A stretch of DNA of 23,568 bases from Bacteriovoracia bacterium (lineage in GTDB: Bacteria; Bdellovibrionota; Bacteriovoracia; Bacteriovoracales; Bacteriovoracaceae). A model generated the notes under the pieces. The model made no database searches. It worked only from the letters and a program-made list of their open reading frames with translations, and had not been told where the DNA came from. The position numbers and the translations under genes were made by a program. This document shows, piece by piece, positions 21,325-23,568 of this stretch. The DNA is taken from contig JBKHVI010000044.1 in assembly GCA_046570105.1 (NCBI GenBank), forward strand, positions 1-23,568, read 5' to 3'. Every line of letters begins with the position of its first letter. Position 1 is the first letter of the stretch.

Positions 21325-22944
21325 ATGATAAATACCTTTTTCATCTACTTTCATAAAACTGAAAAAATGCTGGGCCACGTGAAGTTCGCGGTCGCCATCA
21401 TTGCCATTTTTGCCATCTATCTGACTTATGGCACTTTTATGGAGTCCTATCACGGCACTGATTACGCCAATCGTTTGGTGTATAAGTCATGGCCTTTTAT
21501 GGGCGTGCAGTTTTTGATGTTTTTAAGCATCCTAGTCGCCACTCTCCAGCGCCTTCCCATGAAGAAGCATCTCTATGGCTTCTACGTCATTCACTTAGGG
21601 CTTATCACACTTTTCTTAGGATCATTTGTCACTTATCAAGCAGGAGTCGATGGCAATCTCACGCTAGCGCCTACTGCGCCTGCCAGTGAGGTGATGCTCA
21701 ATACTGATCAATTAAAGCTGCAATTCACGCAAGACCAGAAAGAGCTCACCCTTGAGCTGCCTTATTCCGCCGGACCGCGCACGATTAATTACCAGTGGGA
21801 AGACATCAAGATTTTACGCTTCTTACCTTTTGCTGATGAAGTCCTTGCCTGGGAAGAAGACAAAATGGCGGACACCACACGTCTGCACTCTGGGGAATAC
21901 CTTCTTAAAAATGACAACTTTTCGGAAAATCTGACCTTGAGTCTCCATCCTAAAGCGGATTTTGAAAGCACCACACAACTGGGTCCTTTGAATGTGCACT
22001 ACATGCCAGAACTCTTGGCGAAATGTTTTGGTGAACCCTCATATGATGGCCTGTTGATTTGGGATGCTCGCGAGGGCCGCTGTTTTGCCCCGAACAAGTC
22101 ACATCTGCAAAAGAGAGCGGGCCTCTCGGGCAAGAATCTTTTGATTATTAAAGAAGCGGGGGAGGAGCTGCGCTTTCTCCCCGATCTCTCTCCCCTACCA
22201 GTCGATAAAGATTTAAAACTGGTAGAGAACTCTCCCTTTCGCATCTTTAGTCGCAAGCTTTTCCAAGACAAGCCTCACCTCTTCTTGTTCGGCCGTTTTG
22301 TGAGCTACTTTGATCGCGAAAATTCCAAGTGGGTGGTGCATCCCCTGGAAAAAGATCCGGTGGATCTGCCGTGGATGGGTTTTGCTATCACTTTACTCAA
22401 CCATCAGGGTTCAAAATATCCGGTCAGACGCCCTGAGGCGGTCACTCCCTTACAAGATAACGGTCAGCTCATCAAAGGTGGGCTCAAGGCGGTAGAGGTC
22501 TCTGTGGGCCCCACACGTTTTTGGGTCACGAGCCAGCGAGCGATGTCGATGGAGAGAAAACAGGGTCCGGTGGTTTTTCAATTGGGACGTAAAAGTTTGA
22601 AGCTCCCCTTTGAGATTACCTTAGATAAATTCAAAATGGATATGGACCCAGGCACCAACAATCCTGCCAGCTATGAAAGTTTTGTTTCTTTGTTTAAAGG
22701 CAATGCCGGCTCACAGAAACATCATGTCTTTATGAACAATCCCATGAAACATGAGTCTTTCACTTTTTATCAGGCCTCGTATTTTGAAGCTCAGCCACAA
22801 GTTTATGGCTCAGTCTTCAGTGTGAACTATGATCCAGGACGAGCGTGGAAATATATCGGCTCCCTTCTTCTTGTCCTTGGTTCGATCTGGCATTTTGTCC
22901 TTCGTCGCAAACCCCAACGCCCCCAAGAGGCCATGCATGCTTAA
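21325..22944 (+). CDS. resB: Cytochrome c biogenesis system II protein ResB/CcsB
   Basis: Three N-terminal TMs with YGTFMES, VYKSWPF and IHLG, a large periplasmic domain, then MNNPM..FTFYQASY, SVNYDPG and a final TM. Exact start uncertain. Confidence 0.85.
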   Translation: MINTFFIYFHKTEKMLGHVKFAVAIIAIFAIYLTYGTFMESYHGTDYANRLVYKSWPFMGVQFLMFLSILVATLQRLPMKKHLYGFYVIHLGLITLFLGSFVTYQAGVDGNLTLAPTAPASEVMLNTDQLKLQFTQDQKELTLELPYSAGPRTINYQWEDIKILRFLPFADEVLAWEEDKMADTTRLHSGEYLLKNDNFSENLTLSLHPKADFESTTQLGPLNVHYMPELLAKCFGEPSYDGLLIWDAREGRCFAPNKSHLQKRAGLSGKNLLIIKEAGEELRFLPDLSPLPVDKDLKLVENSPFRIFSRKLFQDKPHLFLFGRFVSYFDRENSKWVVHPLEKDPVDLPWMGFAITLLNHQGSKYPVRRPEAVTPLQDNGQLIKGGLKAVEVSVGPTRFWVTSQRAMSMERKQGPVVFQLGRKSLKLPFEITLDKFKMDMDPGTNNPASYESFVSLFKGNAGSQKHHVFMNNPMKHESFTFYQASYFEAQPQVYGSVFSVNYDPGRAWKYIGSLLLVLGSIWHFVLRRKPQRPQEAMHA

Positions 22945-23568
22945 ATTCATTCTTCTTGCCCTATTCATCTCTACTCAGGCGCTGGGCCAGACGCTGTGTC
23001 CACCTGAACTTGAAAAGATGCCGACTCAGGCCGGCGGGAGAGTGAAACCTCTTTTGATCGTGGCAGAAGAAACGCTGCGTTTTGTGACGGGAAAAGCAAA
23101 ATTTGAAAACGAACCCTCAACAGTCACTTTCTGTCGCCTCTCTTTTGATGGCATGGGCATCCCTTCAAAGCTTGATCTCCCGATTAAAATTGAGCATACC
23201 GACGTTAAAAAACTCGTTGGAATGACTGACGCCGAAGACAGCATGGCCTATTCAAAACTCGCTCCTCAAACCGAGGCCCTTCGCATCGCTTACGCTGCTC
23301 AAAAAGAGAACAACGCTTATAAGAAAGAAATCAATAAGGTGATGTCGCGCCTGCAGATTGTGGATCAAACCAAGGCCGGAATTATTTGGACTCTCCCTGA
23401 ATTCACGCAAGGAAAAGTGAACTGGCTTCCATTGACTGAGTTTTTAACTGAGCAAAAAGTTTCAGAACTTAAAAACACACACGCTGACCCGTTTGTGGCG
23501 CTCTATCGCCTCACAAAAGAGGAATACCTCAAAACTCAGGGTGACGGCTTCATGCTGGAGTACAGCTA
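22937..23568 (+). CDS. ccsA: Cytochrome c biogenesis protein CcsA/ResC, N-terminal part, 3'-truncated (absent from the ORF track)
   Basis: Hand translation MLKFILLALFISTQALGQ...QAGGRVKPL...LEYS is open to the window end. The GRxKP motif and position after resB support the call. The diagnostic WWD domain lies outside the window. Confidence 0.7.
   Translation, partial: MLKFILLALFISTQALGQTLCPPELEKMPTQAGGRVKPLLIVAEETLRFVTGKAKFENEPSTVTFCRLSFDGMGIPSKLDLPIKIEHTDVKKLVGMTDAEDSMAYSKLAPQTEALRIAYAAQKENNAYKKEINKVMSRLQIVDQTKAGIIWTLPEFTQGKVNWLPLTEFLTEQKVSELKNTHADPFVALYRLTKEEYLKTQGDGFMLEYS

Overview
23.6 kb of gene-dense bacterial chromosome. The gene content (HD-GYP and REC/PilZ-like proteins, a lipoprotein peptidoglycan deacetylase, a SWIB protein, split ResB/CcsA) suggests Bdellovibrionota, Bacteriovorax-like; this is inference. 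Coding content in order: partial fadD, HD-GYP protein, two small hypotheticals, MoxR-DUF58-transglutaminase operon, REC/PilZ-like protein, trmK, a winged-helix protein, a polysaccharide deacetylase plus small lipoprotein, putA-proC, a secreted hypothetical, a histone-H1-like/SWIB protein, a GNAT, a Cys-less NifU-like protein, thiN, DUF1624 and resB-ccsA (partial). The most striking non-coding signal is two diverged, oppositely oriented copies of a ~168-bp structured element (11593-11760 and 17989-18155). Their base pairing is preserved by compensatory changes and their layout resembles a retron msr-msd RNA. Copy 1 is flanked by a 12-bp direct repeat that looks like a target-site duplication, yet no reverse transcriptase or transposase is encoded in the window. 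Also seen: a candidate CsrA-binding sRNA, an RBS-occluding hairpin and several apparently leaderless genes. All calls are by eye, without database searches.
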